A stretch of DNA of 64,000 bases, from IMG/VR virus record IMGVR_UViG_3300048438_000153, positions 124,001-188,000 of that record. The stretch is one strand, 5' to 3'. Within the stretch, counting starts at the first letter, position 1, and each line of letters begins with the position of its first letter. The position numbers were made by a program, and so were the translations under genes. This document shows, piece after piece, positions 9,434 through 18,362 of the stretch. A model generated the notes under the pieces. That model was not told where the DNA came from. It saw only the letters and a list, made by a program, of their open reading frames with translations, and searched no databases.

Positions 9434-10804
9434 TCAGAAAAAGTCGGGTAGTTTCTTGGCTCTATTGTTAATCATTCTCACGACATCAAAGGCATCACTG
9501 ATCTCTTGCTGATAGATCTCGATCTTTGTGATAGCCGACTCTAGATCATTCCCTAGCCCCTGACCGTGATTAGAGAGGCGAGCCATACTCCCTAAAAGTT
9601 CACCCATTTCACTGCTGAAATGTTGCTCGGCTACAGGGTTAGCCTCAAGCTCAGAAACAATAGAGTAGAGCATATTCACATTCTGCTCAAAATGAGCTCT
9701 CAGGTCAGACAACTCTTTCATGCTCGCGGTACGAGATGCTTTCTTAAGCATCGCTCGAATCTCACCCCTAGAGTAAGACCCTTGAAGCCTGTTTGTGTTC
9801 TTGTAGAGAAGATGCCTAAGCCTCTTAGCTTCATCTTCCGTGAGTGCTGAGAGGTTTCTCCTAGCCTTACGGATGATCATGTAATCATCTCTAGAAAGAT
9901 ACCTTCCATTAGACTCTAAGTCTGAGAGCATATCTGACTGCGGTTGCTCGCTTTCTGAGAGGATGTCTTTCACAACAGCGAGCTGTTTCGGAGAAAGAGT
10001 GCGCCCCCCATCAAGAACAGCCTTGAGCTTACCTAAGAATGCGCTATTAGGCTGATGAGAAAGAGCCTCCTCAATGAGCTTTGACTGAGCCTCGATCTTG
10101 GGATTCGCAGGAGGGTTGATGATGTCCTGAACGACTTGAGCCTGAGCGTCTGAAAGAACACGTCCTCCGTCAAGAACAGCCTTGAGCTTACCTAAGAATG
10201 CGCTATTAGGCTGATGAGAAAGAGCCTCCTCAATGAGCTTTGACTGAGCCTCGATCTTGGGATTCGCAGGAGGGTCAATAATGTTCTGAACTGCTTGAAT
10301 CTGAGCGTCAGACAACTCCCTACCACCCTCAAACTGAGCCTTAATGTCTTTTAAGAAAGAACTTCTCGGAAGGATCGCGAGAGCACTATCCAAGAGAGCC
10401 TCGATCTGAGGATCAGGATTCGCGATACGATCTTCGACCTCATAGAGAATCGCCTCCGCGCCACCACCAAGAGGATCTCCATTCTTAAGGTCTGTAAGGA
10501 CGCTCTCGAAGAACTTGCTTTTGGGATTGAGCGCGAGAACCCCCTCGACCCTAGAAATAGAAAGGTTATCTACGAGGTGATCTCGTAAGCGCATACGGAC
10601 TTCAGCCGCGCCCATTTCATCATCTGAGAACCCATCAGAAGACTCGACAGTCACCATCGTCTGTTGACCTCTGTTCTTTAGAGTCACTAGGTACTCATCA
10701 AGAAACACGCCCTTGTTTCTCTTAAGACCCAATGTCTCTCGGATCTTCTTGGCGGGTAAAAAGACCCTGAAAGTAGTCTCAATGTCGTTCGCTTTTCTTA
10801 TCAT
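9434..10804 (-). CDS. Hypothetical protein with tandem helical repeats (FLxxIxxxxxGGRxLSxxQ)
   Basis: 456 aa, starts MIRKA; 3-4 repeats of ~50 aa; internal KKASRTAS linker. Confidence 0.75.
   Translation of the reverse strand: MIRKANDIETTFRVFLPAKKIRETLGLKRNKGVFLDEYLVTLKNRGQQTMVTVESSDGFSDDEMGAAEVRMRLRDHLVDNLSISRVEGVLALNPKSKFFESVLTDLKNGDPLGGGAEAILYEVEDRIANPDPQIEALLDSALAILPRSSFLKDIKAQFEGGRELSDAQIQAVQNIIDPPANPKIEAQSKLIEEALSHQPNSAFLGKLKAVLDGGRVLSDAQAQVVQDIINPPANPKIEAQSKLIEEALSHQPNSAFLGKLKAVLDGGRTLSPKQLAVVKDILSESEQPQSDMLSDLESNGRYLSRDDYMIIRKARRNLSALTEDEAKRLRHLLYKNTNRLQGSYSRGEIRAMLKKASRTASMKELSDLRAHFEQNVNMLYSIVSELEANPVAEQHFSSEMGELLGSMARLSNHGQGLGNDLESAITKIEIYQQEISDAFDVVRMINNRAKKLPDFF
10011..10275. 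repeat. Intragenic tandem duplication, period 159 bp (53 aa)
   Basis: 10011-10116 is identical to 10170-10275. Confidence 0.9.
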
Positions 10805-10852
10805 AGCTCTTTCTTTCTCTTAGGTAATCAAAGAAAGAGCTTCTATAAAAGA

Positions 10853-11809
10853 TCAAGTGAAGTCTTCTACGAGATCCTTAACCGCTCTCTTGTACTTAGC
10901 GCGGTCGTGCTTCTTCAGGGCTTTAAACCACTCAGAAACCATGATGAACACCATATCCTCTTCAGCGACTCTAGGAGACAACTCCCCGATTACTTTCTTA
11001 ACCGCAGTGTTGAAGTCATTTCCATGATCTTCCATAAGACACTGAACGGCGTGGCAAGAGTCATTAATGCGTGGGTCATATTCGATCTCAGCGAGAGAGT
11101 GACCCTCGTACCCTGAGCCATAATCAAAGCTACTGTGAGAGCCTACATCAGCACCCCCACTGTCGATCTGCAATATGTGGATAAGCTCATGTTCTAAGAC
11201 TGCCCTGAGAGTCCTTCGACCACTTACTAAGTTGAAATCTTGGGCAAGGTTAATCTCAATACTTCGATCTCTCTTGGAGGTCTGAGCTAGAAAGTTTCTA
11301 GAGCTACGAACAAAGAGGAGCTTGATCCCTTCAACTTCACGCTCTGTTTCCTGAAGATCCTTAGAAAGAATCTTGAGAGGAACGACTTTATCCCAATCTG
11401 ATCGGGCTATTTTCTTAAACTTGTTCCATCCGAGCTTGTACTTTCTCAGACCTGACTCCCCATACACATCTTCCCTCTCTAAAAGCTTAGTGAGGTGGTG
11501 TATAGCGGGGATCATATACCCGAAAGCCCATGAGATCTCGTCTTGAAACTCCTCGACCATCTTGATTAAGAGTTTTGCCGAGTGCTTCTCGATCTCAGCG
11601 TAGTCCTTTGAAGAGAGAGCGCGGTCAATCGCCCTCATACGAGGGAACTGCGTGGGATCACGATACATCCCTAAGCCTGTCTCATCTACGTTGCGTCGAA
11701 AGAGCTCTTGTGAAAGCTCTCTTGACTTAGCTAAGACTTGGCTCACTTCGTCGTAAACTGCATCAGCTACGACTTGATCAGGCTTTCTCCTAGATGCGTA
11801 CCTAAACAT
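10853..11809 (-). CDS. Zincin-like metalloprotease-domain protein (paralog family)
   Basis: VLEHELIH followed by HSLAEIEYDPR and WFKALKKH...KYKRAV, matching the paralogs at 47-54 kb. Confidence 0.7.
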   Translation of the reverse strand: MFRYASRRKPDQVVADAVYDEVSQVLAKSRELSQELFRRNVDETGLGMYRDPTQFPRMRAIDRALSSKDYAEIEKHSAKLLIKMVEEFQDEISWAFGYMIPAIHHLTKLLEREDVYGESGLRKYKLGWNKFKKIARSDWDKVVPLKILSKDLQETEREVEGIKLLFVRSSRNFLAQTSKRDRSIEINLAQDFNLVSGRRTLRAVLEHELIHILQIDSGGADVGSHSSFDYGSGYEGHSLAEIEYDPRINDSCHAVQCLMEDHGNDFNTAVKKVIGELSPRVAEEDMVFIMVSEWFKALKKHDRAKYKRAVKDLVEDFT

Positions 11810-11865
11810 CTTTTTCTCCTTTCTGTAATAGAAACGAGAAAGGATAAAAAGTCTATTCCACCATT

Positions 11866-11977
11866 AAGTATTTCAGTGCTTCTTTTCGACCAATGTTTCT
11901 AGGGAGGAGAGCATCATCCCTCTGTATAATACGACACGAAGTATTTCAGTGCTTCTTTTCGACCAGTGTTTCTAGGG
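11866..11977. repeat. 39-bp direct repeat (1 mismatch)
   Basis: aagtatttcagtgcttcttttcgacca[a/g]tgtttctaggg at 11866-11904 and 11939-11977. Confidence 0.85.
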
Positions 11978-12309
11978 TAAAGATAAACAAAATTCTGCTC
12001 TCCGTCTTGATCCACCGCTATGATGACGTGAAAGCTCTCTTCCTCACCCTGAGCTGTACTCATTAAAATTTCAAGTAAGATCTGATCGTCGTCTCCATAA
12101 TCATAATCGACGTGTCTCCTGATCACATCAACATTATCGATAATAGAAAACCCTGTCTTAGTCTTGATCTTGCGCTCAATAAAACCTAAAAGATCAATCT
12201 CTTCCGCAGTTGTATAGGGGCGCATATGACTAGTGTAGCCTGATGTTTTCTCAAGCCGAGCAACTCGGACTTGAAGTTCTCTTAAGATAGATGTGGCGGT
12301 TCTTCTCAT
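11914..12309 (-). CDS. Leader-bearing protein, putative head cargo
   Basis: Starts MRRTATSILRELQVRVARLEKTS. Confidence 0.7.
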   Translation of the reverse strand: MRRTATSILRELQVRVARLEKTSGYTSHMRPYTTAEEIDLLGFIERKIKTKTGFSIIDNVDVIRRHVDYDYGDDDQILLEILMSTAQGEEESFHVIIAVDQDGEQNFVYLYPRNTGRKEALKYFVSYYTEG

Positions 12310-12368
12310 GACGATTCTCCCATGAAGTAAAAAAAAACGTACAGCCCTGGACGAATATAAAAGATATA

Positions 12369-13364
12369 TTAATCTTCGTCGTACTCTTGCTGTGCTAAAA
12401 CTAGCATACCCTTAGACACCGCATGGAAAGGGTCGGAGGCATGACGTACTTCAGAGATCTCAATCGGGAATCTCTTCTTCTTAGTCTCAAACACCTCCTT
12501 GAAGAAATCCATGAATCCACCCGCGAGACTCGTTCCCCCACCCACTACAATAGGGATAGGTTTATTCAGAGTGAGATGACCACCCTTCATCACAAACTGC
12601 TGTGCGATGTTATCAAGGGCGTACTCGATGAGAGCCTTGTAGTAGAAAGAAATCGCCTCCTCTTCGCGATTCTTAGGGTCGTTCAAGTCGATACCTTTCT
12701 CCTTTACCGCACACATCTTAGAAGCAGTCCCACCCACTGATCGAGCCGCGCCTTGATCAATCCAATCACCACCCCGAGCCACTGAGAATGAAAGACCCTC
12801 AATGGTGTTGATAGCGAGAGCAATGTTAGTCATCCCCGAACCGAAAGAAATGCCGATCCCTGAGAAGCCCTCTTTGGCTGTCTCAGAAAATACAATCGCC
12901 ATCGCCTCATTTGCAGGATGTGCGGTGTAACCACACTCTTGAACGATGCGCGTAAACACACCCTTATGGTAGACCACATCCATCTGCACGTCTACAGGAG
13001 CAGCAGGGATTGAGAAATAGCAGTGTTCTCCCTCATGGCTAGGCTCACCGAGCACGTCTTTAACCATGTGTCCTAAGACTGTGAGTGAGTCAATCTCATC
13101 AGGTGAAACAAGACCCGCCTTCAGAGGTCTGCGCCCCTCCCGACCAAACATATTAGCTACCTCCATCGCCTCGTCACCGAGTACAAGAAGATGCTCGTCA
13201 GACTCGATGTATGAAACAGAGCCGAGCTTGAGCATTTTCTTAGCTGTGGCGGGGAGGTCGATGAAGAGATCGCGCATACGGCGGATCTTGATTTCTTTCT
13301 TAGCACCTAATCGCGAAGAGACGAGGTTCATTGTGCCGATGTCTAGTCCTACACCTTTACTCAT
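12369..13364 (-). CDS. Actin-like ATPase (MreB/FtsA/ParM superfamily)
   Basis: Phosphate-1 VGLDIGT, connect-1 NEAMA, phosphate-2 ISFGSGMTN, adenosine VVGGGTS. Confidence 0.85.
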   Translation of the reverse strand: MSKGVGLDIGTMNLVSSRLGAKKEIKIRRMRDLFIDLPATAKKMLKLGSVSYIESDEHLLVLGDEAMEVANMFGREGRRPLKAGLVSPDEIDSLTVLGHMVKDVLGEPSHEGEHCYFSIPAAPVDVQMDVVYHKGVFTRIVQECGYTAHPANEAMAIVFSETAKEGFSGIGISFGSGMTNIALAINTIEGLSFSVARGGDWIDQGAARSVGGTASKMCAVKEKGIDLNDPKNREEEAISFYYKALIEYALDNIAQQFVMKGGHLTLNKPIPIVVGGGTSLAGGFMDFFKEVFETKKKRFPIEISEVRHASDPFHAVSKGMLVLAQQEYDED

Positions 13365-13412
13365 GGTGGGAATCCCTTTCTTTATATGTGGGGCGGTTGT
13401 GGGTTATACCCA

Positions 13413-14006
13413 CTATTTCTGAGCTTTTCTCATGGCTTTTAGAGCGTTCATAGCATCCGATAAGGATGTGTCCTCACCGCTCGTTTCGTTTACTGTAGAT
13501 GCCGAAGAGGACTTCACATCGTCAGATAAAATCTTAGAGGGGATGAAAGTCATCTCCTCTGTCTGCTGTGCTTGATAGGTCTGTGTAGCCGTAGGAGACT
13601 GCTGTACGATAGTCTGTTGCTGAGGGAGCTGACTCGCCACTGCTTGAGCGATCATCTCAGGAGAAAGAACGCCACTCAGCTTCTCTAAGAGTTTACCCAC
13701 AAGATCGTCGAGGTCAACTTGGCTGTCGTGATGGTGAACCTCTGTCTTGTGTATCACCTGTTGCTGAGGCTCTTGGATGGGTACTTTCGGCACACCTACC
13801 CTAGCCACGAGCCCTTTGCTCTTAGACTCTTTCACGATGGGTAACTTTGGGTGCGAGGAAAGAACGCCTGTGGTGACGAGGGTCTTGATCTCTCTGTTAG
13901 TGTCGTAGAGTCGCTTAGGACACTCAAAAGAGTCGCCTTTCTTTAGCTTTATCTTAAGAGAGGGGATCAAGATATTCTCTACCTGACACTTGATTACATA
14001 TATCAT
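13413..14006 (-). CDS. Hypothetical protein, low-complexity middle and C-terminal helix
   Basis: 197-aa ORF coupled to the upstream gene (ATGA overlap). Confidence 0.7.
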   Translation of the reverse strand: MIYVIKCQVENILIPSLKIKLKKGDSFECPKRLYDTNREIKTLVTTGVLSSHPKLPIVKESKSKGLVARVGVPKVPIQEPQQQVIHKTEVHHHDSQVDLDDLVGKLLEKLSGVLSPEMIAQAVASQLPQQQTIVQQSPTATQTYQAQQTEEMTFIPSKILSDDVKSSSASTVNETSGEDTSLSDAMNALKAMRKAQK

Positions 14007-14590
14007 CTCGTCAACGACCCTTCTCTTATCTTAAAGTCTATTAGCCTCTGTACGTCCACCATGGCTCTCCTTATACCTTTCTCTATGCCTTTCTCAAGCC
14101 ATGTACCCTTCGCAATCCCTGGATGAATCCAAGCTTGCTTAGTGGTCAAGGGCGCGGTGCGAACTACCATCTCCCCTGTTTTCTTGTCTCGGAAAGAAAC
14201 AACAGCTCTTTTCCTGTTCTGCTTCTTGTTAAGAACAGGGTGAGTGAGCCAAGTCATAGGAAAGGGCTTCCCTGAGCTCTCAAGGTAGCTACACACCCAA
14301 GACCATCTCTCGTTATATGGGATAGTAATCTTAAAGCTCAGCTTACCTCTCTTGTTTTCGACAATCTCATAGGTGAGCGCAGAGAGAAAGTCAGAGCTTC
14401 TCAAGATCGAGGGCGCGCCCTTATAAGTCGCTTTGATCGCCTCATCCTTGATGTAGAAAAGAGCAGAGTCAGCGAAGATCTTAACGATGTCTTTGTCTTT
14501 GACAGGCATTTTCGATGAACCTATCTCGTTCTTTATCTGAACTCTAGGCGCGTTCCTCTTTTTAAGGACAAAGGGCTTCCTACTAGCCAT
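14003..14590 (-). CDS. Putative neck/tail completion protein (HK97 gp10-like)
   Basis: Basic 195-aa protein with C-terminal WIHPG...WLEKG motif; follows the neck-like gene. Confidence 0.45.
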   Translation of the reverse strand: MASRKPFVLKKRNAPRVQIKNEIGSSKMPVKDKDIVKIFADSALFYIKDEAIKATYKGAPSILRSSDFLSALTYEIVENKRGKLSFKITIPYNERWSWVCSYLESSGKPFPMTWLTHPVLNKKQNRKRAVVSFRDKKTGEMVVRTAPLTTKQAWIHPGIAKGTWLEKGIEKGIRRAMVDVQRLIDFKIREGSLTR

Positions 14591-14602
14591 GAGTCACCTC
14601 CC

Positions 14603-15964
14603 TTAAGAGTGATGGTTTTCCCATGTTCCTGTGCGCCCTCTTACCTCATAGGCATTGGGCTTATCTTTCCTGTCCGTCTCAAGAGGGTAGGCTTGAGTTG
14701 AAGAGGTTAAGAAAGGAGCGTCTGACCTAGCGTGGTAGGTGTCTCTATACGGTCTGTAAGTGTACCTCACGTCTCCCCATGATACAGGCACTCCCACTAC
14801 AGGAACTTTGTACCTGATGTCTCCTGAATCGAGGTATGAGACATTGAAAGTCTGATGGAGGATGTTGCCCCTGTTAGAAGCGAAAGAAACAGGGCCGATA
14901 GAGTATCTGTCGTTGTTCTGTTTAACTACAAAATCGCGCTGATTCACCACAGGGCTAGGGCCAATCCACACACCGTAGTTGTGAGTCTTTCTGCGACCCT
15001 GACTTTCTTGTGTGATCGCTTTCTCACCATCATCAGGTCCAATAATGATGTCGTATGGACCGTCGTAGCCTCCGCGAATACCTGTACCGAAGCACATCAT
15101 ACACAGCGAGTCAGGCTGTTTTGCGTAAATAAGAGTTTCCCGATTGAAGTCACCACACCCACAAGGCTCACCTGTGACTCTACGGACAAAGAGTTTTACT
15201 CTTTCCCCGCCTTGATCGAGAATCCAATTGTTCCTACGGATGCCCTCTCTCCACATATAGTCAACGCGCTCTATTTCTCTATCAGAGAAAGGGGCGCACT
15301 GATCTAGAGGCGTTTCATATAAGTCGCCTGTGGAGGGGTCTTCAGCTACAGTGGTGATCCTGTAGTAGTCTTTCTTATCCGCGCCTACTCGGATGCGACG
15401 ATCAAGGGCGTAAGCTACATAGCTCACAAGCACCTCTGAGTCATCTGAAATGGCTTGAGGGAAGGACTCTTCTCTTAAGTTCTTTGGGTTAGGGTAGGTG
15501 TACTCTCTGAGGGACACCTCGCCTAGCTCCCCGAGCACTGTATGAACAGGCGCGATCTGACCATCTATTGTGACGAGAACATCTTTAGGAGAAACTGAGG
15601 GAGTCCCTAACTCTGATGAGCTAGAGATGGGGTTAGCCGTCCGAAAGCGATACGCTCTCTCGGCTTGATCATCTTTCGCTATCCAATTACGAACGACTTC
15701 ATTGTGAACAGTGAAAGTCTTATTCTCGTCACGAAAGAAAGTCCCACCTACAGGAGTGAGGTTCACTCTGTGGTAAGGACCGAGATCAGAAGCAGATGAT
15801 CTGTATATGTTCACTCCCCTGATGATCCACCCTTCATTCTCATGACGGACGGAGGGGCTCTCCCATCTCAGGTCAATCTTATTCTTGAGATAAGGAGAAA
15901 TGGCGCTCGTAGAAAGCGGGGACAGAGGATATGCTGTCCTGTTTTTATACCAACCTGCTACCAT
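14603..15964 (-). CDS. Putative head closure/neck protein with FN3-like N-terminus and Cys cluster
   Basis: LRWESP...GVNIYRS (FN3-like); CxC...CxxCFGTG..GGY; beta-rich C-terminus. Confidence 0.5.
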   Translation of the reverse strand: MVAGWYKNRTAYPLSPLSTSAISPYLKNKIDLRWESPSVRHENEGWIIRGVNIYRSSASDLGPYHRVNLTPVGGTFFRDENKTFTVHNEVVRNWIAKDDQAERAYRFRTANPISSSSELGTPSVSPKDVLVTIDGQIAPVHTVLGELGEVSLREYTYPNPKNLREESFPQAISDDSEVLVSYVAYALDRRIRVGADKKDYYRITTVAEDPSTGDLYETPLDQCAPFSDREIERVDYMWREGIRRNNWILDQGGERVKLFVRRVTGEPCGCGDFNRETLIYAKQPDSLCMMCFGTGIRGGYDGPYDIIIGPDDGEKAITQESQGRRKTHNYGVWIGPSPVVNQRDFVVKQNNDRYSIGPVSFASNRGNILHQTFNVSYLDSGDIRYKVPVVGVPVSWGDVRYTYRPYRDTYHARSDAPFLTSSTQAYPLETDRKDKPNAYEVRGRTGTWENHHS

Positions 15965-15981
15965 AGCGCACCATTTCTTTC

Positions 15982-16278
15982 TTAGCCCTCCGCGCTCTCA
16001 TCTTCAGCGGAAGTCTGAAGAGCGAAGATCGAACCATCATCACGAATCTGCCAAGGGGTGTCGTCAGTAAGACCCGCGCGCTCACGAGCACTCGCTAAGA
16101 GTGTCTGAGCCTTCTGCTCGTTTGCCTCAAGATCAGCGATCAAGCGTGACTTACGGAGCTCAAGCGATCCGAGCTGTTGGATCATCTGTGAGGCGAGGTT
16201 TCTGACTTGTGTGAACTCTGCGAGCTCTTCTTCTGTAAGTGAACCGACTTGAGTGGGGGTCTGAGATGCGTCACTCAT
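15982..16278 (-). CDS. Small acidic coiled-coil protein
   Basis: 98-aa ORF with SD AAGGAG and ATGA overlap. Confidence 0.7.
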   Translation of the reverse strand: MSDASQTPTQVGSLTEEELAEFTQVRNLASQMIQQLGSLELRKSRLIADLEANEQKAQTLLASARERAGLTDDTPWQIRDDGSIFALQTSAEDESAEG

Positions 16279-16643
16279 TTAGCTTTCTCCTTCATGATCA
16301 GTGCCTCAATAATCTGACACTTTTCTTTGAAACTCTTAGCCTGACTCACAGGATTGGAGTCAGATCCGCTAAGTTGTACCGAGCTAAGATCACGAATCTC
16401 AGGAGACATCAATATAAATCTTGGAGAGCGCGACGACTCAAAGAAAGAGATCTCTTGGTTGAAGCTAGTAGGGTAGATTTGTTTGACCCTAGAAATCCCA
16501 TCCTTAATTTTGCCGAGTTGTCGTTGAGCCTCTTGAGCTTCCGATGCGACGACCTCAATCTGAGGTATTGTCGAAGAGGGCGCTGAAGAGACGAAGAGAA
16601 GTCCGATAACCACGACGGAGAAATAAATGATTGCACTTTTCAT
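16275..16643 (-). CDS. Membrane-anchored/secreted protein
   Basis: Probable start MKSAIIYFSVVVIGLLFVS (hydrophobic anchor), then a short coiled coil. Confidence 0.6.
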   Translation of the reverse strand: MKSAIIYFSVVVIGLLFVSSAPSSTIPQIEVVASEAQEAQRQLGKIKDGISRVKQIYPTSFNQEISFFESSRSPRFILMSPEIRDLSSVQLSGSDSNPVSQAKSFKEKCQIIEALIMKEKAK

Positions 16644-16663
16644 GAGTGAAGCTCCAACAGAAA

Positions 16664-16885
16664 TCACTTTGTGATGTGAAAGAAGATTTTGTTAAGAGTC
16701 TCGTCAGCATCCTTAATGTCCCCCTTGATCTCCTCGATCTCTTTCTGCTGATTATCCACTTTAGTGGCGAGCACAGCAACCTCTGTTGAAAGCTTGAAAG
16801 ACCAAACAATCGCGGGGATCGCGAGCGCGGTCGCGATCTTAAATGTCCAATCTAGTGCTTTTTCCGTTTGCTCTGATAAAGGCAT
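16664..16885 (-). CDS. Small single-TM coiled-coil protein (holin/XhlA-like candidate)
   Basis: 73 aa; hydrophobic IATALAIPAIVWSF followed by heptad repeats. Confidence 0.5.
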   Translation of the reverse strand: MPLSEQTEKALDWTFKIATALAIPAIVWSFKLSTEVAVLATKVDNQQKEIEEIKGDIKDADETLNKIFFHITK

Positions 16886-16933
16886 GACTTAACCCCCCCT
16901 TAACCTATCGTAAAATATGAGTAGATAGAAAAA

Positions 16934-17641
16934 CTATCTAAAGCGTCTCAGTGAAGCGAACTTGTTTCTGTGGTACTCAGACAGCATACGCTGAGCCCTC
17001 GCCCTATTTACCTTGAACTTCCTCATGAGCTTCTCTTCAATCAAGTCCTCACGAAGACTCATTTTGAGCCAAGTGCGAATCTCACTGTTGACCTCAAAGG
17101 GGGGGATGAAAGCATATCTGTCTAGATCACGATTCAGGTAGTCGAAAGAGGCTTTCTTAGCTGTGAACTCGTCTGCGAGATACAACCCAAGCCCTTTTCT
17201 AACGACCTTGCGAATAACAGATTGACTTACGCCCCTGACCTTAATCTTCAACCTACGCATCACATCAACTACTTCTTTACCTGTGTTGGAAAGAAGCGTC
17301 TCTGCTGAGACAAGGTACTTAATACCAATCAATGGAGTGCTCTCGTTGCGAATGAGAACAAACTCATTACCGGGATAATCCTCGAAAACTGAGTCAGGTC
17401 TGACGTCTACTTTTCTTTTTGCTTCAGATAAAGGGACAAGAAAGTAGTCTTCAAAAGAAGAAACTGACTTACTTTCCGCGAGTTCTTCGAGGTCTAGTTC
17501 TCTTGGGTCGTAGATAGATTCTCTGAGAAATCTTTTCACGCTTGACAGGTCTGCCTCTGTTTCTGAGGCAGTGAGGTTTTCTAAGCGAGCGATCCTAATC
17601 TCTAGATCACTAAGGATTTCTGAAGCTGTTCTTCTCATCAT
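16934..17641 (-). CDS. Leader-bearing protein, putative head cargo
   Basis: First 30 aa identical to those of 17744-18307; remainder only weakly similar at best. Confidence 0.75.
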   Translation of the reverse strand: MMRRTASEILSDLEIRIARLENLTASETEADLSSVKRFLRESIYDPRELDLEELAESKSVSSFEDYFLVPLSEAKRKVDVRPDSVFEDYPGNEFVLIRNESTPLIGIKYLVSAETLLSNTGKEVVDVMRRLKIKVRGVSQSVIRKVVRKGLGLYLADEFTAKKASFDYLNRDLDRYAFIPPFEVNSEIRTWLKMSLREDLIEEKLMRKFKVNRARAQRMLSEYHRNKFASLRRFR

Positions 17642-17677
17642 AGAGCCTTTCTTTTTCTCTGAACGAAAGAGATCACT

Positions 17678-17691
17678 CTATAAACAATCTA
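17678..17691 (-). promoter_or_regulatory. Putative late promoter TA[AG]-N4-T[TC]TAT (representative of ~17 sites)
   Basis: TAGATTGTTTATAG. Same pattern at 11843, 16924, 18344, 19299, 21720, 22523, 25540, 27106, 32978, 43273, 44626, 52127, 58870, 60608 (minus) and 5430, 5456, 33081, 56515 (plus). Confidence 0.7.
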
Positions 17692-17743
17692 CTCACTCAA
17701 GATTCAGGATCTCACCGCCCATATACAGGACTGATCAGATGAC

Positions 17744-18307
17744 CTAAATCTTCCTCCTAGATTCTTCTATTACCTTATCCCATTTTTCTTCGTTTGTAAG
17801 ACGACGTGAGTAGATAAATTGACCTAAGCCACTCCTCTCAAACTTTTTCTGATCTGAGTTCGGAACGCAAAACTGCAAGTCCAACTCCTCACAATATTCA
17901 CCCAAAGATCCTCTGCCTGACTTGTTTTTTAAAAGATCATCGGAGTTGGTAATGCGAGCTCCAAAGTAACTTCCTTCTCGCGGATCTCCCATGACGAAGA
18001 CAACCACCCCCCATGTCTTAACACCTCTGAGATGGCAGAAAACCATTTCATTTTCCTCAACCTTCACATAGGGCTTAACGTCTTTAAGGTGGCAGAAAAT
18101 AAGACTACGGTATGGGTTAAGGTAACTCTCCGTGTCGATTTGGTCATCTTCTAAAAGCTTCTGAAGAATCTCCGTTCTTTCGTCAAATACTTTTCTCTTG
18201 AGCCAACCCCCCAAACCAGCCTCTGTTTCTGAGGCAGTGAGGTTTTCTAGGCGAGCGATCCTAATCTCTAGATCACTAAGGATTTCTGAAGCTGTTCTTC
18301 TCATCAT
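17744..18307 (-). CDS. Leader-bearing protein, putative head cargo
   Basis: Starts MMRRTASEILSDLEIRIARLENLTASETEA. Confidence 0.75.
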   Translation of the reverse strand: MMRRTASEILSDLEIRIARLENLTASETEAGLGGWLKRKVFDERTEILQKLLEDDQIDTESYLNPYRSLIFCHLKDVKPYVKVEENEMVFCHLRGVKTWGVVVFVMGDPREGSYFGARITNSDDLLKNKSGRGSLGEYCEELDLQFCVPNSDQKKFERSGLGQFIYSRRLTNEEKWDKVIEESRRKI

Positions 18308-18362
18308 AGAGCCTTTCTTTTTCTCTGAACGAAAGAGAGCACTATATAAACAATCTACTCAC

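Noticed and set aside
11866-11977. Possible mini-CRISPR (39-bp repeats, 34-bp spacer)
   Set aside because: Only two copies, one inside a CDS, not palindromic, and no cas genes.
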